A DNA stretch of 64,000 nucleotides from Eledone cirrhosa (GCA_964016885.1 OZ024742.1:27404001-27468000); one strand, 5' to 3'; positions 15,791 through 33,894 are shown, counted from the first letter of the stretch. Notes: generated by a model not told the origin, from the letters alone. Numbers and translations are program-made.

Positions 15791-15991
15791 CGAGGGGCGG
15801 TTGAAAAAGTTCATAGACTGACCAGGATACACTCATGGAATGACCAAATGAGGATTTAATTTTCAACATAGTCCTTGGAAAGAAACAAGCAGTTATTAAC
15901 AAGAAGATCTGAGATTAATGCATGCAAGATTTCAAGACACCAACATCACTTCTTGATAGTCAGTCTATAAACTTTTCGGCCGGCCTTTGTA
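15791..15991. mobile_element. Mariner/Tc1-type MITE (about 200 bp)
   Basis: Imperfect TIRs of about 30 bp (cgaggggcggttgaaaaagttcatagactgac / gtcagtctataaacttttcggccggcctttg) with TA at the right end. Same family as 48927-49859. Confidence 0.75.
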
Positions 15992-16815
15992 CATGTAACT
16001 CAATAAGAGAAGTTTGTGATATTTTTAATGTTTAATTAGAAAGGGCTGAGCAGTGACCAGGACCTTTTTCAGAGAATACAGAACTGGTGAAAAGGAGGAG
16101 GGTATCCTCAAACATGAAACCTCTTTCAAAGGTTTGTAACAGAATGGTATCTTCTAAAGGAACTCCCAAAATAAGGTGACGGTGTTAAACTGGAAATTTC
16201 TACAGCATCACCAATCTTACTAAATTCCCGGATTATATCATATTTCTCTGATGTCAGTGAATCTGGCTATGGGTTGCTTTACCTGAACAGGGTCATCTAA
16301 TTTAGTACTGGATACATTAGCTTTGAACCAGATGAGCCTATGAGTAAACCAAATCGGATTTTGCTGGAATTATACCATCTCGCTCTCTTTCTTTCTCTTT
16401 CTCAATATATATATATATATATTTAATACATTAAGAGAGAAAGCTTTAAGCAATACTCCGACCGACATCCATCTCACTCAACAAACATCAGGATATACCT
16501 GAGTATAACCCTATTTATATGTTTGGGGTGCTAACTATATTGTATTTTGCAGATAGCCGGCTGTTTTATTTTATATGAGACATAGTTAAATACATCTCTC
16601 CTTCCAAACGATCGTTTCATTATAAGTTTTCTACAAATTGGGTAAATAATGTCCAGGTTATGTAGAAGCCTGCATATAGTCTATAGGTATACATGCAGGT
16701 GGGCACTTATAACTCATCAGTGGATGCCCAGCAATATCAATATAAAAAACCATACTGATATTAATATTCAGCGATGGACCCCGTCAGTGCTAGAATGACC
16801 ACCAAATTTGAAATT

Positions 16816-16924
<109 letters not shown>

Positions 16925-17269
16925 TAATCGTAGCTAAGATGCTTCCATAGGCGGTATGTGTGTATGTATGCATATGTATGTGCATATGTGTGTACGTAAA
17001 TGTACGTATGTGTATATATATATCTGTGAGTGTATGTGTATGTATATGTACGGGTGCGTATGTGTGTGTATGCATGTATATATACGGGTGCGTGTATGTG
17101 AGTGTCTGTGTATATGCGTGCGTATATACACGCGCGTGTGTGCGTGTGTGCCTCTCTGTGTGCTTGTATGCGTATATTTGTGTGGCTATTTCTGTGTGTG
17201 AACGTAAGCACACAAGCTACTCTGTATGTATGTATCTGCTGTCAGTATCTGTGTGTGGGGGGGGGGGCG

Positions 17270-17630
17270 TGTGGGAGTGGGAGCTGACAAACAGCACTAA
17301 TTTTGCTGACGGGACAGTGGGTGAGTGACAAATCACGCCCTGACGGTCAGCGGGCTGTTACAAGTGGTCAGAATAATGATGACGTCACTAACCAGTGACC
17401 AACGCAAGGACGCGCAAAGCGGATGAAGGTGGACTATATAGGTTTGTAGAGCCAGAAAACCCCAGAAAGAGGATATGATCCGAAATCAATAGACGTGTCC
17501 GAGGAACCTGCGAGTCTAGAGTCAGGTCGATCCACACACGGATCGCACCTCGAGCTGTTCGCCGGGGAAACAATTGTAACACAATAAATTGAGTTCCGAT
17601 GCATCACTGATTTTTCGTTTTCCATTCTAT
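17270..17630 (+). mobile_element. Putative solo or 3' LTR (about 360 bp)
   Basis: GC-rich island that starts TGTGGGAGTGG after a G-tract and ends CCATTCTATA (imperfect inverted ends). TATA at 17435, AATAAA at 17583, TGACGTCA at 17380. Confidence 0.45.
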
Positions 17631-17641
17631 ATATATATATA

Positions 17642-17704
<63 letters not shown>

Positions 17705-18630
17705 GTATGTATAAATATGCGTGTGTGTGTTTATGTATATACATATATGTCAATATATATATATATATATATACATGCATGTCTATATGTGCATGTGTAT
17801 GGATATATGTATAAACAAATACATATGTGTACAAGTTCATTATAAATTAAATTTTTGCCGTTATTTCCAATGATCTAAGTAGTTTCTGTGAGGTTTTTAC
17901 TTGCAGAAAGACCATATCTATGTCACCTATATTTCAGTTGCTTCCATTGTTCTCCAGTTTTACTTCTCGACATCACAAGCCTGTATATGTTCATCAGATT
18001 CTGCTACAGTTCACTGTTTTTCTCACGCGTTGTTATAAATATCGTACTGACTATTTTAGACATGTAACTACAGGTAACATGACCTACGCGTTGAAAATAT
18101 ATAGACTGTCCAATCCAATCCAGGTCCTCTTCTCTTCTGTTAAAGAAACACTTCTATCGTTAATCTCTTTCGTTTTGTCCATGTTATGGATGTGGCCGTA
18201 CTCACCACACTTATGTAATTGCGTGTTAGTGAGACTATTTGACTAATAGTGGGGTTGGATGGCCATTGACGCTGAGGAGTTTATCCACCCTTTTAAGAGC
18301 TCTTGTTTTTTTTTGTTGTTGTTGGGGCTGCACTTACCCCCTTACAGAGCTGTCCAGTAGGGAATATTGTACCCTCAGTCTCTTAATGCCACAGAACCAG
18401 GATAAGCACCGGCCTGATGAGCCTCCGGGGTCAAGACAGACTTTAGACTAAATATATATATATATATATATATAATAATAAATGTGAAGACTAAAATCCA
18501 AAGAGGGCTCGATAAGGATAAATATATATCAAATACATAAGAACCCTACAGCACATGTTTATTAAAATAACAGATTAAATTTGTTTGTTTTTTTTTTAGA
18601 TTAAGAAGATCCCGTTAATCTGTTATTTTA

Positions 18631-18706
<76 letters not shown>

Positions 18707-19793
18707 TTGTGTGTGTGTGTATACACTGCAGTGATAACCGGAAGTGCATAAGTGTGTATATAAATGTATATATACCTTACATATGTAGATATCTATATCC
18801 TCATTATATATCCCCATTTATATACAACTTTACACTGTCTTACTTTCATCTGTACTGTATATACAAAGATGTACATTTATTAATTAACATTTTAATGTTT
18901 ACACAATGCATGCATGTGTTGTAACCAGATACCTACTGAAATAATGTGTTGTAATTAATTTCAGCCAGAACCCAGATTCTGCCGGTGTTAACTTTGCTTT
19001 CCTTCATGGTTCTGTCGCTTGGAAATTCAGTTTGTTGTTACCTCTGTCTGGATTCTATCCTCCTACATGCTACCTATTCAAGTACTTTCTACTATAGTTT
19101 CAAATCGACCATAGCATTGTAAATAAAACTTTGTTAATCTGGAATTATGTGAACTGTTCACGATGAGGTTGAACTTTTTCTTCTAAGTTATATGTAATAT
19201 TCCACCCTGTTTAACACCAACACCTAACCATTGAATGTCTTTAACAGAGTGAAATGTTGGAAGCATTTAAATCAGTTCTCTGCTCTGAGTAAAAGTTTAC
19301 AGGAAGGTTGTGGGCATTGCTCTTCCTTTACTGATTAAAACAAATTTTTAATTCTATGTGTAACCGCTAAAAGACCCCCGTTCCATTCATCTAGTTGTGG
19401 CAATAGAACCATCTTATTTTTTATCCCTTACACGTGTTTAACGTTGTGTAAATTTAAGAAATTCTTCTCATTTAATTATTATTTTAATCACTTTGTCTCG
19501 ATTGAATACACAAATCTGTTACAGATTCAGAAATGAAGAGTAGCAGAATCGTTATTTTGCTGTTGTGAATGATCTGTTTGAAATTATTGAAACCAGCCAA
19601 GATCGAATTTTCCATTCATCACTTCAGATTTCATAAAAATAATGAGGTTATTTATGAAGGCCGATTTCCAATAAATATTTTCCTTCCCTCATATATGAGC
19701 ATCCTCTATTCAACTTTAAGTTATTATGATTTTCATATTTAGCTGTTACATTCTAATATATTCTCTTTCATTTTCTTTTTTTCATTCTTCTAG

Positions 19794-19910
19794 AACGTTC
19801 GAGTTGTTTCAGTGCTATCTATGACAATGGGCTGTGTCTGAAGTCTGTAGGCATGTATATCTTTGGTATTATAATCAGCAGCCTTCTCAGTGACCATTCT
19901 CTACTGTAAC
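19794..19910 (+). other. Putative terminal exon start
   Basis: ttctaat branch point, long pyrimidine tract and tag at 19791-19793. Confidence 0.3.
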
Positions 19911-21584
19911 AGCTTTATATCTACTATATTGTCTACGAAAGCAATCCTGAAACTTCAAATACAAAAGCTCATCAAACATGTTTTATTTCACAAATCATAA
20001 CAGTCAGCAGCCATGAGTTGGAGACATTAATGAAACCCATTCACAGTTACGCTCTTATTGGAATGGCCAAGTCTGCTGACAAAAAAGCTTTTTGTATAAA
20101 TTTAAATGTGCAATCATCGGCAAAAAAAAACCATAAAACAGAAGGGCCAAAAAAAAAAGAAAAGAGAGAAGAAAAAGAATAAATTAAGCTGAAATGAGAT
20201 TTTGAAATACAAACAAACTCAACAATATGAGAAACACAAATTCATAGTTAGACAAACTGGACAACTATGTTAAATTTTTCTCGTTTAGAGAAAGACTTTA
20301 ATGGGCCATGAACATCTTGTTTTACATTAAAACTCCCTAATAAAGGAGGAGTATTAATAGGTAAAGAAACTTAATCACAGGGGCAAATGTACTCATTGAC
20401 AATACGCCAATTGTTGGGAACTGTTTGCCTAAAATGCAGGCATGGTTTACGAAAGAAATATTTCTGAAACTCTTCGGCAATCTACGTCCTGTATCTGTTT
20501 ATAAACGGGATAGGAGCTATAATATTTTAACACATATATATATTTATGTGTATATATATGAAAAAAAAAATAATGATAATAATAATAATTTTAAAGCAAT
20601 TATCTTCCAGCCAGAACAAAGCGGAAACTTCTTACTTCCTGGATGTTTACGATTGTTAATATACAGGTTCAAACTACACAAAAAAATCAAAATAAACATG
20701 ATTTGAGCAAAACCAAAATACCACAAAAACAATTGGGAGTTTTCGCTCTATTTAAGTCCACCTTTTATGTTGATATTGAAATAAACCTTATTTACATTTT
20801 ATTAAAGTACTGCCAAACGGATCAATTGTTAAAACCCCAAGGTTCTATTTTGCCCACTGGTATAATAAACAATATATAGAATCTGATCCTTTTATAAAAT
20901 GGATGAAAAGAAAAAAAAAAGAAAAACAACAACAACAACAACAAAAACAACAATATAATGATAACATTCAAACAAAACAAGAGACAAAAAAATCAATTAA
21001 TAAATCAATAAAATAAATCAATATGTTTTGAACTCAGATCAAGCTTTGCATAGTGAAAGTTGGACCGTATTATCTGGTATGCTGAAGCTTTTGGTCATGT
21101 ACTTGCATCAAGTCTTCTTTTTTTCAACCCTGTCACATGTCTCCTCTTTACGTTCCAATCGATGAGGCTGACGTCGAAAGGGAAACGATAACCCTTAACC
21201 CTTTAACCAATAACAGTTGCTGTACAAGTGCCTTTCGCCGATGCTCTGTAAAAAAAAAAACAAATAAATCATTCCGGTTATATCTCTATGTGGCATGTGT
21301 AGTAAGCCTGAAAATTTAGAACCAGTGTATTAGCTAGAAAATAGTCGGAATGATGTTTCTATCTCGCTCCAATAACATATGCCAGGGTTAACTCTCAAGT
21401 AGCAGAGGATAATATGCACAGTCTAAAAAGTATGCGGTTGTGTTATAAAGTTTTGGTTGTTATTATTTTATTTTATTTTATTTCAGTAAGTCCCCGAGAG
21501 ATATTTATGTGTATTTTTACTAAATATATATATTTTTTTTTCTTTTTGCCATTTTTCTTTTATTAAATATTGAGGCATGAAAAA

Positions 21585-25689
<4,105 letters not shown>

Positions 25690-25744
25690 TCGTTAGAGTT
25701 TATCCTAATTTCTTTATAAATTCTGTTATTATTCTTATCAATAT

Positions 25745-25995
25745 AAGGGCGGTGGATTGGCAGTAATCGGTAGAACATCAGACATCATGTTTTGCAGTAT
25801 AGAGTTACGGCCATTAACGTTCTGAGTTCAAATCCCGTTGAGGTTAGCTTTACCTTTCATACTTACGGGGTCGATAAAATAAAATAATGCACTGGGGGCG
25901 ATTTAATCGACTTTCCCCTCCCCCTTCAGATTGCTGACCTTGTGCCTAAAGTAGAAAGAATTATTATTATTATTATTATTGTTATTATTATTATT
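25745..25995 (+). mobile_element. SINE S1 whose (ATT)n tail abuts the LINE A1 5' end
   Basis: Full head to tail ending ..ccttgtgcctaaagtagaaaga(att)n. Confidence 0.85.
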
Positions 25996-26210
25996 GAATG
26001 CTATGGTTGACGGAGGCTCGGCTCTGTAAGGTATTGTAAATTTTGACCGTTATAACAATTGTAAATTGTTTAAAAATTTAACCAACTTGTAGACAAAAAC
26101 ACCCTCCTCCTCGTGAGAGGGGTCTTTCTGCCCGTTATTTGGCCCTTCGGGGTTAAATAACTGCTTATTGGGGTTTTGTGCCCAATATCTATTTTAAACA
26201 AAAAAACAAC

Positions 26211-28371
26211 ATGGCTACGAAAAAGAATTTTCATAGGTCACTCCCACTCATTCCGATTTCTTCTTCCTCAATCGTCACTGCAGCAGAGAGAAGATTGTCT
26301 CTCTCCCTCCCTTCTTTAAATGTGTCTCTCTCCCTCCCTTCTCTTTCGCAAGCGACGACAGAAAAGAAAAATCTCATGCAAAGCGTGCAAGATTTCTCCA
26401 CGACGACGACGACAGCGACGAAACAGGTGTGCGGGAAATACGAAAACCCATTTCATTCGTCTGACGTCAGGAATAATAGCAGTAGCAGCCGTAATAACTG
26501 CAGCAACAGTGACAAGGAAAACAACAGTAGCAGCCGCAACAGCATCAGCAGCAGCATAAACAACAACAGCATTAGCAGCAACAACAACGGCAGCAGCAGC
26601 AACAACAACAACAACCACAGCAACAGCGGCGGTGGCAGTAGTCGTAGTACCTGCAGCAACAACAAAAGTAACAGCAGCTCTGACGACAACAACAACAACA
26701 GCAGCAAAGAAAAATCAATCTCGTTTGCAGGTATCGCAAAGAACCTGGAAACCATCCTCATAACAAATGAGGAATTAGAGGAAGCGAAGAAGATGGTGAC
26801 AAAAACTGGACACCGAGCAATCTGCAAGGCAGCGGAAAAATGTTTCGAAACCCAACAGCACTGTACGGTCACGTACCGTACAGTAAGTACAAAATCCCAT
26901 AGAGTTGAAAGAGCCACAGAGGCTCAAATACAAAAAGCCTTGGGGGCTGTGTGGCAGCGGAAAACGCACATCACCCGAGGCAAGAAATATGCCACCGTAG
27001 ACGTACTTTTGCCACACCCCAGGAGGCAAAGGCTCAAACCTTAGTGACTCTAAGGAGCGAGGAAATGGTGTTGGTGCCCTCCTACTGCGGGCAAAAAATT
27101 GTGAGGGTCAAACTGACCCACGCCCCCCCCCCCCCCCCGGGATGGCCCCTTCTTGGCTGGCCGCGTCTGTCCTCGTCGGAATCGAGGACAAAACAACTGT
27201 ACTGCAAGTACAGAAAAAAGTAGGAGAAGATTGGGTCGGCACCTCCATTGAGAGGTTAATCCAAACCAACCAGGAGTGCATCGAAACTATCCCGGATGTG
27301 ATAGACTTCGATAACGGCACACAACTTCCCATAAGTGTTGAGGGCAAACGCCCGAAATGCTTTCGCTGTGGATTGAAGACTTACCTCACGGTCTTCTGCA
27401 ACGAGAAGACCCTGAGAAAGGAGAAAACCCCCCTCCTTCCGAAACCGGCTCCACGGCTACCAGCAACAGGACAAGCGGCAACCAGGAACGATAGGTCCGT
27501 GGCACCCATACCCACGCCACGGAAATCAAAAACAGCAGCAGCAGTGGAAGTATTAACAACAACAACAGCAATACCAAATGCAGCTGCAACAGAGACTCCA
27601 GTGCAAACATCACCAACAACAACAAGTGAAAGAGTGGAGCTGGTACGCCTCCCCGACCTCACAGAATCAGACATGGAGTGTGAGGTGGGAGAGGGATGGC
27701 AAAAGGTCGTAAGAAGGCATAAACGCAGAAGCAGCGCATCGACGCCTTTGAAAAGGGAGGAAAGAAATCAAAAAATGGTAAAGGCTACTGCAAAGAGACT
27801 CACAGCAGCAACACCACCAACACCATCACCACCGACACTAGCACCACCATCACCACCGGCGACAACCCCACCGCCAACAACACCTTCAACACCACCACCA
27901 CAAGCACCAACATCGCAAACACAACAACAAAACACACACACCCAGCAACAACGACAAGAAAATAGCAGAACCACACCCCACCCCCAGAAAAACAAATGCA
28001 CGGCAATAAATACACACAACAAGAAACTAATGACTTACATAATTGAACACACAGACATTTCACAACACGACTACATAATACCAGCACCAATCAAAACGCC
28101 AACTAACATAAGACTGCTAAAAATAGCACAGAAACAATACACAAACATTAAAACGAAATTCCCCAACGCAGTTGGTGATTTCAGAGACCTAGGAGGGACA
28201 CTCAACCGAAGAGTATATTCGGACATACTCATAGAAGAGCCGACGACCAGCCGAAGGGACGATTCAACGGTCCCTTCACCAGACGATCAAGTGAAAAGGG
28301 ATGGAAAAACCATCCCTCCTCTACGAAAAGTACGGTTAGTGGTCTTTCCCATCTTTTCCACTCTATTTTAA
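26211..28371 (+). pseudogene. Frameshifted LINE ORF1 (gag-like nucleic-acid-binding protein)
   Basis: ORF pieces 26178-27044 and 27142-28371 match intact ORF1 at 62107-63987. Frameshifts lie near 27010 and in the poly-C run at about 27123-27138. The zinc knuckle is mutated (CFRCGLKTYLTVFC versus CFRCGSKTHLRAFC). Confidence 0.92.
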
Positions 28372-28373
28372 AC

Positions 28374-31300
28374 ATGACCTCACTCAGAATAGGCAGCATA
28401 AATGCGCGTGGCTTGGGGTCGTCATGGAAGCAGGGTCACCTGCTCAACGACCTCAGGTCACTAAACATAGATGTAGTGGCCATCAGCGAGACCAGAATCT
28501 CCGAAGCACGGGCCTTCGCACCGATCTTCGGCGGCTACGATGTGTACGCATCTCCCAGCCGTCCTGGATCGGGGGTAGGAGTTGCTGTGCTTTTTCGGAG
28601 AGGTTTGGATCTCGCCATACGGGCCATCTTCCTGGAACCAGAGGGTAAGTTGGTGGTGCTGCACGTGACCAGCGGAGACGGGCAAGCTTTCAGGCTAGTG
28701 GCTGTCTATGCCCCGACAGGAGCAGGGCGGCCTGATTTCTTCCGGCGTCTGGAGACCTTTCTTGGAACGTCCCGCTCTTTAGTGTTAGTGGGCGACTGGA
28801 ACGGGATCTTAGATGCACGCTGGGACTGTGTTGGATTAGCGGATAGGGGTGGAGAGTGCAAGAGCCTCACCAACCTGCTCAGGCGTTTTGAACTGTCTGA
28901 CAGGTACCGATTGGATTTCCTGAATGTGCCAATGTGGACTTGGACAAATCGCATAGGGTCATCCAGATCATATCTAGATAGAGTATTTTGTAGGGAAATA
29001 GATAGGTCTAGCATTGGCTGTCCACAATTCAAGATAGTCAGCTACACGGACCACAAATTCGTGATCTGTGTGCTTGACTTAGATAGGCTTCATAGACGAG
29101 GACCCGGCTACTGGAAGCTAAACGCGTCCTTACCAGCGCGCAAGGCCTACAGAGACCGGATTAGCGAACTAGTTAAGCGGGCGTTGACGGGGGCCATCGT
29201 CAACAACAAGTAGTGGTTTGCTCTGAAAAGAGCGATTAGAATAGAGTCCATTAGGTTTAGTAAGGCTTTAGCAATAGAGAAAAATAGAGCAGAAGGAGAA
29301 CTAGTTAGAAAATAAGACGAGACGCTTAGCAAAGGCATCGCGACCGACGTATTTGCGTCGAAATTGGCCCTTGACCAATTCTTCAATGCAAAGCACGAAG
29401 GCTGCGTTGTCAGAGCTAGAGTGCGTGCTCTCAGACACGAGGGGACGAAAGCCGTTCAATGGGCCCGAGTGGCGGAGGCGCGTCGTGGCAACAAAGCCAC
29501 GATCCGGTCTTTGGTGGACCACGACGGGCGCATGCTACTCGATCCCGGGCAAATGTGTGAAGCTTTTCAGCGACACTTCACTCAGCTGTTCGGGGGCAGC
29601 GGTGGGCCGGGTCGAGGGATGGACTTTAGTGTCTACCTCGACGGACTGCCGCGGCTCTCGGCCACTGAGGCGGAGTGTTGCGAAAAGCTGATAACATCCG
29701 CTGAAGTAAGGGAGGCAATGACTGGCTGCACAAGGGGTAAATCGCCTGGTTTGGATGGTCTGCCCTATGAACTTTACGTACAGATGCCAGACTTGTTCGG
29801 AGGCCTCTAGGCGGATGTCTACTGCAACTGGCAACAGAACGGGAGAGTTCCCAGTTCTATGAGCCGAGGAGCGGTGGCGCTGCTGAGAAAGGATCCGAAC
29901 AAGGGGGATAACATAGATAATTTCAGGCCCATAACTTTGCTAAACACAGAGTTCAAGATTTTGGCCAAGGTGCTAGCAAAGAGGTTGGCGCTTGTCGTTG
30001 GTGGTCTGGTGGGAGAGGCGCAGACATGCGCCATTCCCAACAGATCCATCCACGACAACCTCCACCTCATGCGATACATCGTAGAGAGGGTAGCTAGGGA
30101 ACCTGGTACGGATGGGTACTTGATCAATTTAGATCAGTCGAAAGCTTTCGATAGGGTCGACCATCGTTACCTAGCGGCAGTCCTGAGGGCGGCTGGCTTT
30201 GGGCCCGTCTTCAGAGGCTGGATCGCTGCCTTGCACAGCGACATCTGCTCTGTGGTGAGAGTGAACTGTCACCTTTCGGAACCGTTCAACATCATGCGCT
30301 CGGTCCGCCAAGGATGTCCCCTCTCGTCCCTCTTGTACGTATTGACACTCGAGCCATTACTGCTCAAGCTGGAGACGTTGAGGGGCCTCCCGCGCGAACT
30401 AGGATGCGGAAGATCCGTGTCAGCATATGCGGACGATGTCACCGTAGTGGTGTCGAACGCTAAACACATCGAGGCGATCGGCACTACACTAAGAGAATAC
30501 GAAGCGGTGACAGGAGCAATGATCAACCATGAAAAGTCAGTGGGCCTGCAGCTCGGCACCTGGAGAGGCAGGTCCATGCCGTCCAACAGCGTCGTCGGAC
30601 GCTGGGCGGACGGACCGGTTAAATTGCTAGGGGTCTGGTTCGGTCCGGACCTCCAGACGGACAAAAACTGGGACGAGGTGACGAGCAGAGTGGCTTCTCT
30701 CACCCAGAAATGGGCGGAGAGGAAGCTATCCCTGAAAGGTCGAGCGGAGGTGGCTAACGCGTACATCGCGTCTGTCATCTGCTACCGTCGTACCTTGTCC
30801 TAAGCCCCGCCTGACTGCGCTGGAGCGTTTGCTCTTTCACTTTTTGTGGAAGGGACGCGCTCCGATGGTCAGGCGGTCCATCTGCTGTCAACACCCGCTA
30901 CGTGAAGGGCTGGGCATGCCGTGGCTGATGATGCGCAGGCACGCGCTCAGGCTACAATATCTCCACATCTTCCTCGACGGTGATCAGGTGTGATCGCGGT
31001 TTGCTAGACACGTATTTCCCCAGCTCGTTTCCTTGACGGAGCTGCAGTCCTGGGTCAAGCGAAGACCGAGAGGGAGCGCCTGGAGACTGAAATGTCTTCA
31101 GGTGCTCACAGCCCTCGACCAATCAGGCAATGTGATCGGTGGAAACTCCACCTCGGCGTTCTATAGAGGATTAGTGGAGGGGAAGAGCGACGACGTACTT
31201 GGGGAAACTCTAGGCGTCGACGAAAATCAACTAGCCAATCTCTAGGGCCAGGGCCTATGGACAACTTCCAGAAATCTCTGACCTGGCAGTGCTACCGAGG

Positions 31301-31772
31301 AGCCTTTCCAGTTCGGGATAAACTCTACAGGCATGGAGGTGCCGTCATCCGGGCATGTCCGAGATACGCGCAGGGCGACGAAACCATCCTGCACGCACTC
31401 GTCCAGTGTCCGAAAATTGCTGACTTGTGGGTTTATGTCGAACACCTGCTGTCGCGTGTAGGATGGATCCGGCTATCATCTGAGTCCATCGTGAGGATTG
31501 CCCCGCCCTCCTCCTTTAGCCGGGAAGGGCAGGCAGTTTTTATCTGTCTGGTGGCCATGGCGAAAGAGATAGTATGGTGGATACGTTTGAAAGGGCTGAA
31601 GACGAGCACTTACCTCTTCGGTGATGCTCTGATTGACTTTTTCCAATTTCATTTGAAAAGGAAAATCAGAGTAGAGAGGGAAATGCTCTCTGCCCAGCAT
31701 TTTGTTGATAAATGGGTGAGAGAAGCAAGAATGGCCCGAGTGAATGGGCCTACTCTGAGTATGTATCTGTAA
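28374..31772 (+). pseudogene. Disrupted LINE ORF2 (endonuclease-reverse transcriptase)
   Basis: Motifs GSINARG, GDWN, SYLDR, TDH, QGCPLS, YADD are present. Stops at 29211, 29313, 29808 and 30991, and small deletions near 30788 and 31243, relative to the intact copy 58652-62071. Confidence 0.95.
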
Positions 31773-32026
31773 ATTAAAGGTGGAAAACTGGGAGAGGGCA
31801 CTTGCCTTGGTGGTCAGGGTCACTGTGGCCTTTTACTGGGCTTTCTCCACAAATGTCCCTCTGAAGTCTCCCCCCTATTGGGGAATTTTTCATTGTTATT
31901 TTTTTGTTACATCCTCTGTTTTTGTTTTTTACACGCAGAAATGCCCATTTGTACCGTCCTGTATTGTCCTGCACTGTCCTTAATGTCTACTTTATGTAAA
32001 CCCTTGTGGTTAATAAAGAAATCATG

Positions 32027-32081
<55 letters not shown>

Positions 32082-32519
32082 GCGAAATTCCACGGACACG
32101 CCCCGAGCTTCTATGTGGAATGGCCGTTGTTAAGAACTGAAAGCGCTCGAAAAAAAACCTATTCAATTCGATAACTCTCTTGGTTTTAGACGCTCTCTTT
32201 TGAAAATGTCTCCCTGCAACGAAGAATAGTTTGAATTCCTTAAATCAATCAGCACTTTGCATCAATAAATTCTAAATTTTCTCTTTACGTTAAAGACAAA
32301 AACCAAATGCAACAAACAGGAATGTTGCTTTTTATTGATTAGTTTCTGTATCTTTAATCTTATACCTCAGCCACTGCCCAAAACTAATAACATATTTCTT
32401 CATTGTACTGTGTTGTTTGCTTTATTTCTGTTTTCATTTTGCATACATATATATGTGGGGTGGAGTGGGGGCGTATGAGTGCTTCTTCGCGGCGTGCATG
32501 CTGATGTGTGTATGTATAC

Positions 32520-32603
<84 letters not shown>

Positions 32604-32644
32604 CGATATTAAACAAATGGAAACTATATTTATAAAACCATATT

Positions 32645-32710
32645 TATTTCATTATACATATTTCAGGGATACCATATTAAAAATATGGCATGCCTTCGTC
32701 AGATAAAATA
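32645..32710 (-). ncRNA. Minimal hammerhead ribozyme (H2-like)
   Basis: Minus strand reads tattttat-CTGACGA-aggc-atgccatatt/aatatggtat-ccct-GAAA-tatgta-TA-atgaaata. Confidence 0.78.
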
Positions 32711-33226
32711 CAATATATAAACAGTTTTATAAATAATTTTGACGTACCATATTATAAGCGACCATTAAATTAGGAAGCTGTCTGGGTAGTGATTTGTTTA
32801 TAATTATTTAGTTATAGTGTTAAGCACAGTTAGAAAAAAGACGGAGAGAAAGAAGAAACGGAGGTAAAGAAAAAAACAGAGAAATAGAGGGGAGAGAAAG
32901 AAAGGAAGAGGTGAAAAGGAACAAGGAAGAAATAAGAGAGGCAAACGAAAGCAACAGATAAATAATAATTCACCATACATATAGAAAAACTCAAGAGAGA
33001 GGGAGTACTATATAGAGAGAGAAGGATAATAATTATTTAGTTATAGTGTTAAGCACAGTTAGAAAAATTATCGTATATATACTCCAAAAACTTGTCGAGT
33101 GCTTTATATCAGTTATAAAATATTTACTTGTTGTAACACAACAATTTTAAATAAAACCTCTGCATATATTTATATATATATTTATTTATATATATATATA
33201 TTTATATATATATTTATTTATATATA

Positions 33227-33270
<44 letters not shown>

Positions 33271-33277
<7 letters not shown>

Positions 33278-33807
33278 ATACTTCGGGAGGGTCATGTTGC
33301 CAATAAGAAACACACGCACCAGTTGCTTTCACTTCAATTTATTATATATTTATAAATTTATAAATTTACAAATCTACAAAGTTATAAATTTCTGGTTGGT
33401 TGGTTGGTTCCACAACACATAGAACAAACAACCAACCAACAACATGTAAATAAATAAACAAATAGATAAATGAACACAAACACACACAGACACCCGGATG
33501 TGGCGCATGCGCAAACTGAGCACACAACACACACACAGAAACAAAATGGCGTAGGACAGAATAAAGGAAAGGCACAGAAACAAAGAAAGGAATCCCCAGT
33601 CACTGAAGAGGTCACAGAGTGTGTGACGAAAGGACTATGACTATATATAAACAACTATCTGGTTGTGGAACCAACCAACCAACCAGAAATGTATAAATTT
33701 GTAGATTTGTAAATTTATAAATTTATAAATATATAATAAATTGAAGTGAAAGCAACTGGTGCGTGTGTTTCTTATTGGCAACATGACCCTCCCGAAGTAT
33801 AACAATA
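33271..33807 (+). mobile_element. PLE pLTR fragment with inverted 5' copy of its own 3' end
   Basis: 33271-33416 is the reverse complement of 33662-33807. The body matches about 4150-4555 and has a hammerhead at 33598-33642. Confidence 0.88.
33598..33642 (+). ncRNA. Minimal hammerhead ribozyme in PLE pLTR
   Basis: agtca-CTGAAGA-g-gtcac-agagtgt-gtgac-GAAA-ggac-TA-tgact. Confidence 0.8.
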
Positions 33808-33862
33808 TCGGTTTCAACACACGATTTCAGATAAAGAATCTTGCTAAACAAATTCAGAAACG

Positions 33863-33889
<27 letters not shown>

Positions 33890-33894
<5 letters not shown>

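Larger units (their letters stand above)
25996..32023 (+). mobile_element. Full-length but decayed Tx1/L1-clade non-LTR retrotransposon, family A copy 1
   Basis: Has 5'UTR, ORF1, ORF2 (APE endonuclease, RT, C-terminal Zn motif) and a 3'UTR ending CCCTTGTGGTTAATAAAGAAATC. Flanked by (ATT)n at 25960-25995 and 32024-32078. Collinear with and highly similar to 58389-64000 (-). Confidence 0.95.

Noticed and set aside
18410-18450. CTGATGAG motif as a hammerhead (also at 48523)
   Set aside because: There is no downstream GAAA or helices; it looks like a SINE tail motif.
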